Positions 1-8,563 of a stretch of DNA of 64,000 nucleotides are shown in pieces. The notes below the pieces were generated by a model. It was given only the letters and a program-made list of their open reading frames with translations, did no database searches and was not told where the DNA came from. Positions within the stretch are counted from its first letter, which is position 1. Each line of letters starts with the position of its first letter. The stretch is from Rickettsiales bacterium (GTDB lineage Bacteria; Pseudomonadota; Alphaproteobacteria; Rickettsiales; JABSSG01): the NCBI GenBank assembly GCA_040221415.1, contig JAVKEN010000009.1, positions 1,650-65,649 on the forward strand, in the 5' to 3' direction. The translations under genes and the position numbers were made by a program.

Positions 1-83
1 AAAAGTGATTCGTTAAAATCTTTTAAAAATTTAGAGTCATTTTTTCTTCCGCCACCTCCGGTTGCTCTTTCGCCTGCACTCAT
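1..83 (-). CDS. Hypothetical protein, 5' part only (runs off the window edge)
   Basis: Not in the ORF track. ATG at 83 reads MSAGERATGGGGRKNDSKFLKDFNESL with no stop to the edge; AGAGAGG RBS-like sequence just upstream. Confidence 0.5.
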   Translation of the reverse strand, partial: MSAGERATGGGGRKNDSKFLKDFNESL

Positions 84-149
84 TTGATACCTCTCTTTTT
101 AAAATAAAATAATGCAGCTTTTTAACACAATAATTCAGTTTATTCAATT

Positions 150-689
150 TTATTCGTTACCACCACCTGCGCCATCACTAAAATCTAAACCAACAGCTCC
201 CGCTAATGTTGCAGCAGCTGCGTCTTCGGCAGCAACTCCGGCAAGAGCAGCATCTAGAACTCTTGGCGCCATAAATTCTGCTGCCCCCTCTTCACTGGCT
301 CTTACTTCTCTGACACCCACTACTAACAAATGAACATGCTCTACCGGAGGTGAAATAAATTCATTAACCAGATTATCTACAGCTTCGTGAATTGTTGGTA
401 CATTTCCTAAATCTTCTAATCTAATCATCTGGTTAAAAAACTCCCTCACAGAGTCGTCTGGGAAGCCTTCTTCAGCACGATGCCTTTGCAGAATAGTCAA
501 AATATGCGCTAGCGTATCTGCAGTAAAGTTAACGTAAACATCACAATCTTCTTCAGTCAGGCTGCGCTCGATTGCTGCAATGCCCTGCTGATAACCACGC
601 ATTGTTGCAGCTTCATGCGGCGCTAATAATCCTGAAGTTTTTTCGTACACCCCCTCAAGCAAGCGGGCGATTTCTTTTGATAGGCTCAT
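150..689 (-). CDS. Hypothetical protein (179 aa), acidic with Ala/Gly-rich C-terminus
   Basis: Long ATG-started ORF divergent from thiD; no recognisable family motif. Confidence 0.65.
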   Translation of the reverse strand: MSLSKEIARLLEGVYEKTSGLLAPHEAATMRGYQQGIAAIERSLTEEDCDVYVNFTADTLAHILTILQRHRAEEGFPDDSVREFFNQMIRLEDLGNVPTIHEAVDNLVNEFISPPVEHVHLLVVGVREVRASEEGAAEFMAPRVLDAALAGVAAEDAAAATLAGAVGLDFSDGAGGGNE

Positions 690-770
690 ATCATTCTCTA
701 AAAAATTTTGGCCATTGTAGTAAAAATCGTATACATTGTCAGCAAATTAAAGATGGAAGCCAAATTGCAG

Positions 771-1568
771 ATGAAAAAATACGACCCTATTTTAACTATT
801 GCGGGATGCGACCCTTCAGGTGGAGCAGGTATTATCGCCGATCTTAAAACTATTGCGACATTGAAAGAATATGGCATGGGAGTGCTGACTATTTTAACTG
901 CGCAGAATACTCTTGGGGTTAAAAATGCTCAGCCAGTTTCGGTTGATTTCATCAATGAGCAGCTTGATGCGGTGCTGTCTGATGTTATGCCAAGCGCAAT
1001 CAAAATTGGCATGTTGCGTACTCAGGAAATTATTGCGTCTGTATTCAAGAAGCTGCAAGAATATAAAGTAAAAAATATCATTCTCGATCCGGTAATGGTT
1101 TGTTCGGCACGCCGAGTTTTGCTTGACGAAGCAGCAATCGAAGAGATGAAAAATTCTATGCACTTAGCTGATCTGGTAACCCCTAATTTGCCTGAAGCCG
1201 AGATTTTATCCGGAGTTAGTTCATCTAAAGAAGAAATGGCCGAGAAGATTTTAGCGCTTGGAGCAAAAAATGTGCTGATTAAAGGTGGGCGTGATGAAGG
1301 AGAATTCTGCGAAGATTTACTGATTTATAATGGCCAGAAAATCATCAATAAAAATAAAAAAATTGATACTAAAAATATTCATGGAACTGGCTGTACTCTA
1401 TCGGCGGCGATTGCAACTTATGTCGGTAAGGGCCTGGATATTCCTGAAGCTTACAAAGCAGCAAGAGTCTATGTGCAAAAGGCTATTGAATCAGGTGCAG
1501 AATATCAACTTGGTAAAGGCCGCGGCCCAGTGAACCACTGCGTGGAAGCAGAACCAGGAATAAAATAA
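771..1568 (+). CDS. thiD: Hydroxymethylpyrimidine/phosphomethylpyrimidine kinase
   Basis: LTIAGCDPSGGAGIIADLKT, TAQNT, LDPVM, TPNLPEA and HGTGCTLS motifs, C-terminal GxGPVNH. Start moved to ATG 771 (MKKYDPILTIAG). Confidence 0.93.
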   Translation: MKKYDPILTIAGCDPSGGAGIIADLKTIATLKEYGMGVLTILTAQNTLGVKNAQPVSVDFINEQLDAVLSDVMPSAIKIGMLRTQEIIASVFKKLQEYKVKNIILDPVMVCSARRVLLDEAAIEEMKNSMHLADLVTPNLPEAEILSGVSSSKEEMAEKILALGAKNVLIKGGRDEGEFCEDLLIYNGQKIINKNKKIDTKNIHGTGCTLSAAIATYVGKGLDIPEAYKAARVYVQKAIESGAEYQLGKGRGPVNHCVEAEPGIK

Positions 1569-1570
1569 GC

Positions 1571-1599
1571 TTGTTGTTTTGCTAATATTGTGCTATCAA
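1571..1599 (+). promoter_or_regulatory. Putative sigma70 promoter of the NTPDase gene
   Basis: TTGTTG-N17-TATCAA with TGC before the -10; AGGAG RBS ahead of ATG 1628. Confidence 0.4.
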
Positions 1600-1627
1600 T
1601 CTAGCGCTTAAATATTGTAGGAGAGCA

Positions 1628-2818
1628 ATGTCAGGTTTAAGCACCCCCAATTTAAAACATACAAACCAAGCACCATGCGTTTTGCTTATTGAAGCAAGTA
1701 GCAGTAAAACTGTATTCTTTTCCTATAGAGCTTCACATGTTGATGGCTCGGTTTTTCTGACTAGAAATCTCATAGATGGTCAAACTAAATTTGTTTTAAA
1801 GGGTGAAAAAATTGACGAATATGCCAGAGGAATTGACGGCAAATCAGCTGATGGCTATTACCAAAATTTTGAACATCCTGTAATCATTGAACATATGCAA
1901 AGCCAAGATTGCCCCTCATTTAAATTAGGCGTTCTAGCAACTGGTGGAATGCGTGACCGAGTGGCAAATAATATTGCAGAAAACTTTTATGATGAACTGC
2001 AAAATTTATTTAATGCTAATCAATATATATTCCCCAAAGAAGTAGAGTTAGTTGCACTTAAAACTATTTCTATGCTAGATGAAGCCAGGTTCGCTTGGAA
2101 AACAATAAAAGCCGAAAACAATGTTGATAACCATGCGGTAATTGATCTAGGCGGAGCTTCAATGCAATTTGCTAATGGTAGCTTGGCCGATAGCTGGCCG
2201 CTGGGAAAACAAGCTTCAGCTGGAAATTTAGGTGATGATATTGATATTTGCTATAATGATAAAAGCAGCGATCACGGGGAAATTATTTATGACGGACAGC
2301 AGTGTCGAGCAACAATTAGCGAATTTCTGGATCAACACCAACTGACTGAGTTGGATCATGGTCAGTATGATAAATTTTATGTCATCTCGACCTATTATTT
2401 ATATTTTAATGACATTTGCGGAACTTACCTTCCAGAAGCTGAAAGTAATAAATTCTCTATTGATCCTGTTACACTAGAACGAATGCAAAATTTCTGTGAG
2501 ATCAGAACATCTGATAGCACATCTCTAGTCGTGGATGTACAAGATTATCAAACTATCACCGATGGGGTCTGCGCATATTGGGGGGAAGACTGGGACCCAG
2601 ACCACCCCAAATATCACTTTGCAAGATATAGCTGTTTTGCTGGGAATTATATGTATGAGTTGCTTAAGTCTTTTGGCCTTAATGACGAAGATGATATTCA
2701 TGTTAATCAGGCAGATTGGGATTTGGAAGCAGCTTATTATTTATTTAGCCTTTCTCCTTATTCTGCAGGTGATTTTGTTTGCACACAGCCTGAGTTTGGC
2801 TACGGAACCTTACTTTAA
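1628..2818 (+). CDS. GDA1/CD39 family nucleoside triphosphate diphosphohydrolase (apyrase)-like protein
   Basis: Apyrase-conserved-region-like motifs LATGGMR, DEARFAW, IDLGGASMQF, DWDLEAA; Cys-rich C-lobe with YSCF; ACR1 degenerate (IEASSSKT). Confidence 0.8.
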   Translation: MSGLSTPNLKHTNQAPCVLLIEASSSKTVFFSYRASHVDGSVFLTRNLIDGQTKFVLKGEKIDEYARGIDGKSADGYYQNFEHPVIIEHMQSQDCPSFKLGVLATGGMRDRVANNIAENFYDELQNLFNANQYIFPKEVELVALKTISMLDEARFAWKTIKAENNVDNHAVIDLGGASMQFANGSLADSWPLGKQASAGNLGDDIDICYNDKSSDHGEIIYDGQQCRATISEFLDQHQLTELDHGQYDKFYVISTYYLYFNDICGTYLPEAESNKFSIDPVTLERMQNFCEIRTSDSTSLVVDVQDYQTITDGVCAYWGEDWDPDHPKYHFARYSCFAGNYMYELLKSFGLNDEDDIHVNQADWDLEAAYYLFSLSPYSAGDFVCTQPEFGYGTLL

Positions 2819-2936
2819 TTACTTCTATTTTTGGGGGTATTAACCTCTGATATTTGGCCTACAATATCACTATCTAGAGAGGAAGAGGAAATGAAAAGGG
2901 ATGGGATTTATATTAAATACGGAAATTGCTAGAAAT

Positions 2937-3338
2937 TCAAAACCCAGCTTTGATCCTGTCAGTTAAAGCCTGATAATCTCCGAAAGGTTTGCTGGCAAAT
3001 TCGCGGCGGGCCCAGTCGAATAAAATGGGTCCGTTGATGCCATCGGAATTATGGGCTTTTTTATAGAGATCGCCAAGTTCTTTGGTGCGAGGGAAAATGT
3101 GGAAATGCAAATGTGAATCTAACTCGCAGAAGGCCAAAGTGTAGATTCTTTCTGGCTTGATGATTTGTCGTAGCACTTTGTCACAGCGCGAAACTAATTC
3201 AGTGAATTTTGCTTGCTCTGCTGAAGTTAGTTCGGAAAAAGATTCAATTTTCCTTTTTGGCCGTATAACTAAATAGCCAGGAATTTTGGCATCTTCTGAA
3301 AAAATAACTGTGAATAATTCATCTGCGTATAGCGTCAT
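2937..3338 (-). CDS. HIT family nucleotide hydrolase
   Basis: Histidine triad HLHFHIFPR; PGYLVIRPKR..ESFSELT N-terminal motif. Confidence 0.9.
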   Translation of the reverse strand: MTLYADELFTVIFSEDAKIPGYLVIRPKRKIESFSELTSAEQAKFTELVSRCDKVLRQIIKPERIYTLAFCELDSHLHFHIFPRTKELGDLYKKAHNSDGINGPILFDWARREFASKPFGDYQALTDRIKAGF

Positions 3339-5020
3339 TACATCTCCATTTTTTTATTAAAGAATTTGGTAAATTTATCCGAATGACTAACGCAGATCAT
3401 GATTTTATTTTTGAACTTTGCAAACAACTCTTTGAAAGCAGTTTGCTCGGACTGTTTATCTAGTGACGTTGTTGGCTCATCAAGAATAATTACATCTGGA
3501 TTATTAATCAAAGCACGGATAATTGCCACCCTTTGCTGTTCACCAAGCGAAAGGACATTTGTCCAATCTGTATGCTTGTTCATCGATTTGATCAGATGCG
3601 ATAGATTGAATTTCTTCATGTATGATTCAATCTCTTTTCTGACCACGCTTGAAGGGTCATGATGCGGATAGTAAATAACATTTTCTAAACTATCTATTGG
3701 CATATATGGCCGCTGCGGAATGAACATGGTTTTTTTATCTTTGGGAAGATTAATCTCCCCCGATCCATGTAGCCAAACGCCTTTAAGAGAGCGAATGATT
3801 GTGCTTTTTCCTGAACCGCTTGGCCCTTGGATAAGAAGCGCATCTTTTGGTTTTAAATTAACGGCAATATTTTTCTTTAGCAGCTCGCCATCTGGCTTGT
3901 TGATTGACAGGTTTTTGATGTTTAACTCATCTGGCTTTGCCGAAATTTTGATTTTGCTGTTTCTAACATCTGCATTTGATTCTTCGATATTATAACGTAA
4001 TTCAGCAAGACGGATAATTGTTGCTCGTAATGCCGCCAAAGTTGTAAAGTTATCAACGATAATTGAAAATGAATTTTTAACATGACCAAAAGCACTGACT
4101 ATTTGCATCACATTACCAAGAGTGACTGCACCTGCGAAATACATTGGCGAAGAGACTAGCAAAGGGAATAGTGTAGCGAGGTTAAGATGTAAAATTTCAA
4201 CAGTATTAATGTAAATATTTCTTTTAATAATTCCATAGAAATTATGCCTGATGTCAGAGAATTTACTTAGTAGATTTTTCTTTTCGGTAAAAACGCCGTC
4301 ATAAAGAGCAATTTCTTCACGACGTTCTTGCAGGCGTATCAAGCTTGACCTGAAATTAGCTTCATATCTTTCGCGCATGAAATCTAATTTAACAAGTGGA
4401 CGACCCACCAGAATCATAATTCCACTGCCAATCGCAGCGTAAAGAAGCGCAGCCCAAATTAGATAACCCGGTATTTTTAAATCTAGACCAAAAAATGTGA
4501 AATTAATTATTGAGGATAGACTCCATAGTATAACTCCAAAAGTTATAACATTAACTATTTCAGTAATGAAGGTTATGAATAAAGATAGCATTCCTGAAGT
4601 CAGTGAGTTTAGATCCTGACTTATTCGCTGATCCGGGTTATCAACATGAGATCTTGAATTCATTACATGGTAGTAAGTGTCATTATGAGTCCATTTTTTG
4701 AGATAACTTTTTGTATACCATTGGCGCCATTGAAAGCTTAAAAATGACTCTGCCACTTTTTTAGAAACAACAATGAAAATAAAATATCCAAGCAGAGGAA
4801 AATACTTGATTACCTGCGCTATAAAGTTTGAATAATTCTTGTTTTGCAGTGCATCGTAAATATCGCGATTCCAGTAATTCATTTGCACTGAGATGTAGAT
4901 GAAGCCAAAATTTAAAGCCAAACAGAGAAGCAAAAATAGCAAAGCTTTTTTCCACTGATCTGAAACCCAAAATGGTTTGATTAATTGGTAAGATTCTTTG
5001 AAAAATTCACGATGTCTCAT
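3338..5020 (-). CDS. ABC transporter fused permease/ATPase, YddA/ExsE/Rv1819c (ABCD-like) family
   Basis: DNPDQRISQD, EANFR..L...EEIALYDG (EAA-like), Walker A GPSGSGKS, PQRPY, LSLGEQQR, Walker B ILDEPTTSLD, SH switch. Confidence 0.92.
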   Translation of the reverse strand: MRHREFFKESYQLIKPFWVSDQWKKALLFLLLCLALNFGFIYISVQMNYWNRDIYDALQNKNYSNFIAQVIKYFPLLGYFIFIVVSKKVAESFLSFQWRQWYTKSYLKKWTHNDTYYHVMNSRSHVDNPDQRISQDLNSLTSGMLSLFITFITEIVNVITFGVILWSLSSIINFTFFGLDLKIPGYLIWAALLYAAIGSGIMILVGRPLVKLDFMRERYEANFRSSLIRLQERREEIALYDGVFTEKKNLLSKFSDIRHNFYGIIKRNIYINTVEILHLNLATLFPLLVSSPMYFAGAVTLGNVMQIVSAFGHVKNSFSIIVDNFTTLAALRATIIRLAELRYNIEESNADVRNSKIKISAKPDELNIKNLSINKPDGELLKKNIAVNLKPKDALLIQGPSGSGKSTIIRSLKGVWLHGSGEINLPKDKKTMFIPQRPYMPIDSLENVIYYPHHDPSSVVRKEIESYMKKFNLSHLIKSMNKHTDWTNVLSLGEQQRVAIIRALINNPDVIILDEPTTSLDKQSEQTAFKELFAKFKNKIMICVSHSDKFTKFFNKKMEM

Positions 5021-5112
5021 TTGTTCTGATTTTTGATTTTCGAATAATTTATTTGATTTTCAGCCGTATAGCAATATAGTTTATTAATGAAAAATTAATG
5101 AAGAGTTGAGTT

Positions 5113-5349
5113 ATGTCGAGTGGAGATAAAAAAGGTAAAGTTGAAACAAAAGAACCCAAAGGTTTGGGATTAGATAAGCCATGTAAGATTGTTTTTAATG
5201 CAGGAAATGTATTTAAAACCTGGGATAACGGAGCGGTTGTCTCTGGTGGAGTTCTGGAGTTTAGACATTGCGATGAACATGAAAAAGCAACTATAATGGG
5301 CACTAAAGGATTTGCAATGTCATCATTATTTGGACCGGAGCATGATTAA
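5113..5349 (+). CDS. Small hypothetical protein (78 aa) overlapping the hemB start
   Basis: ATG-started ORF filling the gap before hemB; its stop overlaps the hemB ATG (ATGATTAA). Confidence 0.45.
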   Translation: MSSGDKKGKVETKEPKGLGLDKPCKIVFNAGNVFKTWDNGAVVSGGVLEFRHCDEHEKATIMGTKGFAMSSLFGPEHD

Positions 5350-6316
5350 TAGACCACGAAGATTAAGAGCGAATCAAACTATTAGAAGCTTAGTGCATGA
5401 GACTAGGCTGAGTGTGGATGATTTGATTCACCCTATTTTCGTCAAGGAAGGTAGTAATTCGAAGACGGCTATTTCTTCGATGGAAGGTCATTATCAATTA
5501 AGCCTGAATGATCTGGATAAAGAAATTATTGAGATTCAAAAACTTGGAATTAAGGCAGTTTTGCTTTTTGGGATTCTAAGTCATAAAGATGCGGAAGGCA
5601 AGGCTTCGACTAAACATAGCAATGTGGTGTATCAGGCGATTAAGCAAATTAAGGAGCGTGCACCCGAGATGGTGGTGATTGCTGATGTTTGTTTGTGTGA
5701 ATACACCGACCACGGCCATTGCGGCAAGTTGAATAAAGAAAAAAGCGATGTTGATAATGATTCAACAATTGAGATTCTTGCTGATCAGGCAGCGAGTTTT
5801 GCTGAGGCTGGGGCTGATATTGTTGCACCAAGTGCGATGATGGATGGCATGGTTGGAGCAATTCGCGATAAGCTTGATAGCAAAGGTTTTAAGAATTGCT
5901 GCATTATGAGCTATTCAGTGAAATATGCTTCGAATATGTATGGACCGTTCAGGGAAGCAGCAGAAGGTGCGCCAAAATTTGGTGATCGCAAAACCTATCA
6001 GATGGATTATGCGAATTCGAATGAGGCGCTAAAAGAAGCTGCACTGGATGTTGATGAAGGAGCAGATTTTTTAATGGTAAAACCAGCGCATACATATCTA
6101 GATATTATTTATAAAATAAAACAAAATTTCCCCGAAATGCCACTTGCTGCTTATCATACTAGCGGCGAGTTCGCGATGATTAAAGCTTCAGCAAAAAGCG
6201 GGATGGTCAATGAGTTTGAGGCAGTTCTGGAAGTGACTACGGCGATTAAACGCGCGGGGGCGAATCTGATTATTTCTTACTTCGCTAAAGATCTGGCGAA
6301 ACATCTTAGAAAATAA
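5342..6316 (+). CDS. hemB: Porphobilinogen synthase (ALA dehydratase), Zn-binding type
   Basis: RPRRLR start, DVCLCEYTDHGHCG, APSAMMDG, YSVKYAS..YGPFREA, MVKPA, AYHTSGE. Start moved to ATG 5342. Confidence 0.96.
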   Translation: MINRPRRLRANQTIRSLVHETRLSVDDLIHPIFVKEGSNSKTAISSMEGHYQLSLNDLDKEIIEIQKLGIKAVLLFGILSHKDAEGKASTKHSNVVYQAIKQIKERAPEMVVIADVCLCEYTDHGHCGKLNKEKSDVDNDSTIEILADQAASFAEAGADIVAPSAMMDGMVGAIRDKLDSKGFKNCCIMSYSVKYASNMYGPFREAAEGAPKFGDRKTYQMDYANSNEALKEAALDVDEGADFLMVKPAHTYLDIIYKIKQNFPEMPLAAYHTSGEFAMIKASAKSGMVNEFEAVLEVTTAIKRAGANLIISYFAKDLAKHLRK

Positions 6317-6376
6317 ATCTTTAAAATTTGGTAATATTAGCTTATAAAAGCAACAAAATTTAAGGAGTTTAAGTCT

Positions 6377-6745
6377 ATGGCTGATCATTGTCATTGTCAC
6401 ATGAAAGAAAAAACTGGTATCTGCATGACAGATGTCATGAATCTATTACCTATGCTGATTACAGCAGCTGTTGGTCTGGTGGCTATTTGCTATCATTCTA
6501 TTTTTGCTAGTCCGGATGCTTCTGCTGGAGGCCAACCTGTAGACACCAATGCCAATAATCATGCTATGCTCACAAAATATGCTCTGCCAGCAGTGGCAGT
6601 AGCTGGGGTAGCAATATTTGCCAAATTACTATATAATAACTTTTTTCCTAAGGATACAGCACATACTGAACACTCTCATGAAGACCATCAGGAAGCAGGT
6701 ACTTTAGGCCATCACGATAACCCAGCAGATGAATTTAATGACTAA
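6377..6745 (+). CDS. Small membrane protein with two TM helices and His/Cys-rich termini
   Basis: AAGGAG RBS; two hydrophobic stretches; N-terminal DHCHCH and C-terminal HTEHSHEDH..HH. Confidence 0.65.
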   Translation: MADHCHCHMKEKTGICMTDVMNLLPMLITAAVGLVAICYHSIFASPDASAGGQPVDTNANNHAMLTKYALPAVAVAGVAIFAKLLYNNFFPKDTAHTEHSHEDHQEAGTLGHHDNPADEFND

Positions 6746-8558
6746 AATAAAAAATATCGCAATTATTGCCCACGTAGATCACGGCAAAACTACTATCATC
6801 GACGAGATGCTAAAACAAAGCGGCACTTTTAGAGACAACCAAAGCGTCGATGAAAGGGTTATGGACTCAAACGATCTTGAGAAAGAACGTGGCATTACTA
6901 TTTTAGCAAAATGCACTTCTATTAGGCTGGATGATTTAAAATTAAATATTATCGATACTCCAGGACACGCCGATTTTGGTGGTGAAGTTGAGCGTGTATT
7001 ATCTATGGTAGATTCATGCTTACTGTTAGTGGACTCAGCTGAAGGCCCAATGCCACAAACAAAATTCGTATTATCAAAAGCTTTGAAACTTGGGCTTAAA
7101 CCAATTGTTATTATCAATAAAATTGACCGTGGTGATGCTCGTCCCGATGAAGTAATTGATGAAGTTTTTGACCTGTTCGTTTCACTTGACGCGAATGAAG
7201 ATCAATTAGATTTCACTATTCTTTATGCAGCCGGAAGAGATGGCTGGTGCACAAAAGAACTAGAAGATGAAAGAGTAGATTTCAAACCCTTATTTGACAC
7301 AATTGTTGCAGAAGTTCCAGCACCAAATGTTGATGCTACAAAACCATTCTCAATGTTGGCGACTTTATTACAATCTGACCCTTACCTTGGAAGAATTCTT
7401 ACTGGTAAAGTTTATAGCGGAATTGGCAAAATCAACAGCTCAATAAAAGCGATGAACTTAGACGGTAAAACTATTGAATCCGGTAGATTAACAAAATTAT
7501 TTGGTTTCGAAGGTATTGAAAAAGTTCCATCTGAAACTGTTCAAGCTGGAGATATTGTGGCAATTGCTGGACTTGAAAAAGCATCTGTATCTGACACTAT
7601 TTGCTCTACTGAATTTAGCGAGCCTATTAAATCTACCCCTATTGATCCACCTACTATGTCGATCATGATTGGTGCAAATAACTCTCCTCTTGCCGGCACT
7701 GAAGGTGACAAAGTAACGTCACGGATGATTCTTGACAGGCTGAATAAAGAAGCTGAAACAAATGTTGCTATCTCAATTAGAGAATCTGATGAAAAAGATT
7801 TTTTTACAGTAAGCGGCCGTGGGGAATTACAGCTGGGTGTATTAATTGAAAATATGCGCCGTGAAGGTTTTGAACTTTCCGTTTCTAAACCAATGGTTTT
7901 ATATAAACAAGATAAATCTGGCCAAAAATTAGAGCCAATCGAAGAAGCTGTCATTGATGTTGATGAAGAATATAGCGGAGTAATTGTTGAGAAATTATCG
8001 CAACGTAAAGGCGATATGATTGAAATGCGTCCATCAATGGGAGGAAAGACCAGAATTATTTTCCACATCCCCACTCGTGGATTGATCGGCTATCAACGTG
8101 AATTCATGACCGACACAAAAGGAACTGGAGTCTTAAACAGATTGTTCCATGCCTATGAACCCTTCAAAGGTGAAATTGGTGGCAGAATAAATGGATCACT
8201 TATTTCAATGGCAAGTGGTGAAGCTGTTGCTTACGCATTGTGGAATATTGAGGAACGAGGAATATTATTCGTAACTCCTCAGGCTAAAGTCTATGACGGT
8301 ATGATTATTGGTATTAACAGCCGCCCTGGTGATTTAGAAGTAAATCCTATTAAAGGTAAACAGCTTTCAAATGTTAGAAGCGTATTGAAGGATGAGAGTA
8401 TTAAATTATCTCCTCCTAAGCAAATGACAATTGAAGACGCTATTGCTTATTTGGAATCTGATGAGCTTTTGGAAGTGACGCCAAAATCTATCAGACTGCG
8501 TAAGAAGCATTTGGATGCTAACGCTCGTAAGCGCGCATCAAGAGATAAGAATAAATAA
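6738..8558 (+). CDS. typA: Translational GTPase TypA/BipA
   Basis: AHVDHGKTT, ERGITILAK, DTPGHADFGGEVER, NKID, GRGELQL, EVTPKSIRLRK. Confidence 0.98.
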   Translation: MTKIKNIAIIAHVDHGKTTIIDEMLKQSGTFRDNQSVDERVMDSNDLEKERGITILAKCTSIRLDDLKLNIIDTPGHADFGGEVERVLSMVDSCLLLVDSAEGPMPQTKFVLSKALKLGLKPIVIINKIDRGDARPDEVIDEVFDLFVSLDANEDQLDFTILYAAGRDGWCTKELEDERVDFKPLFDTIVAEVPAPNVDATKPFSMLATLLQSDPYLGRILTGKVYSGIGKINSSIKAMNLDGKTIESGRLTKLFGFEGIEKVPSETVQAGDIVAIAGLEKASVSDTICSTEFSEPIKSTPIDPPTMSIMIGANNSPLAGTEGDKVTSRMILDRLNKEAETNVAISIRESDEKDFFTVSGRGELQLGVLIENMRREGFELSVSKPMVLYKQDKSGQKLEPIEEAVIDVDEEYSGVIVEKLSQRKGDMIEMRPSMGGKTRIIFHIPTRGLIGYQREFMTDTKGTGVLNRLFHAYEPFKGEIGGRINGSLISMASGEAVAYALWNIEERGILFVTPQAKVYDGMIIGINSRPGDLEVNPIKGKQLSNVRSVLKDESIKLSPPKQMTIEDAIAYLESDELLEVTPKSIRLRKKHLDANARKRASRDKNK

Positions 8559-8563
8559 TCCTC

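Noticed and set aside
690-770. Possible TPP riboswitch upstream of thiD
   Set aside because: Only about 80 nt of divergent spacer, with no CTGAGA or other TPP aptamer core.
2891-2932. 13-codon ORF MKRDGIYIKYGNC behind a purine-rich GAGG tract
   Set aside because: Too short to support; it lies between convergent genes and has no other evidence.
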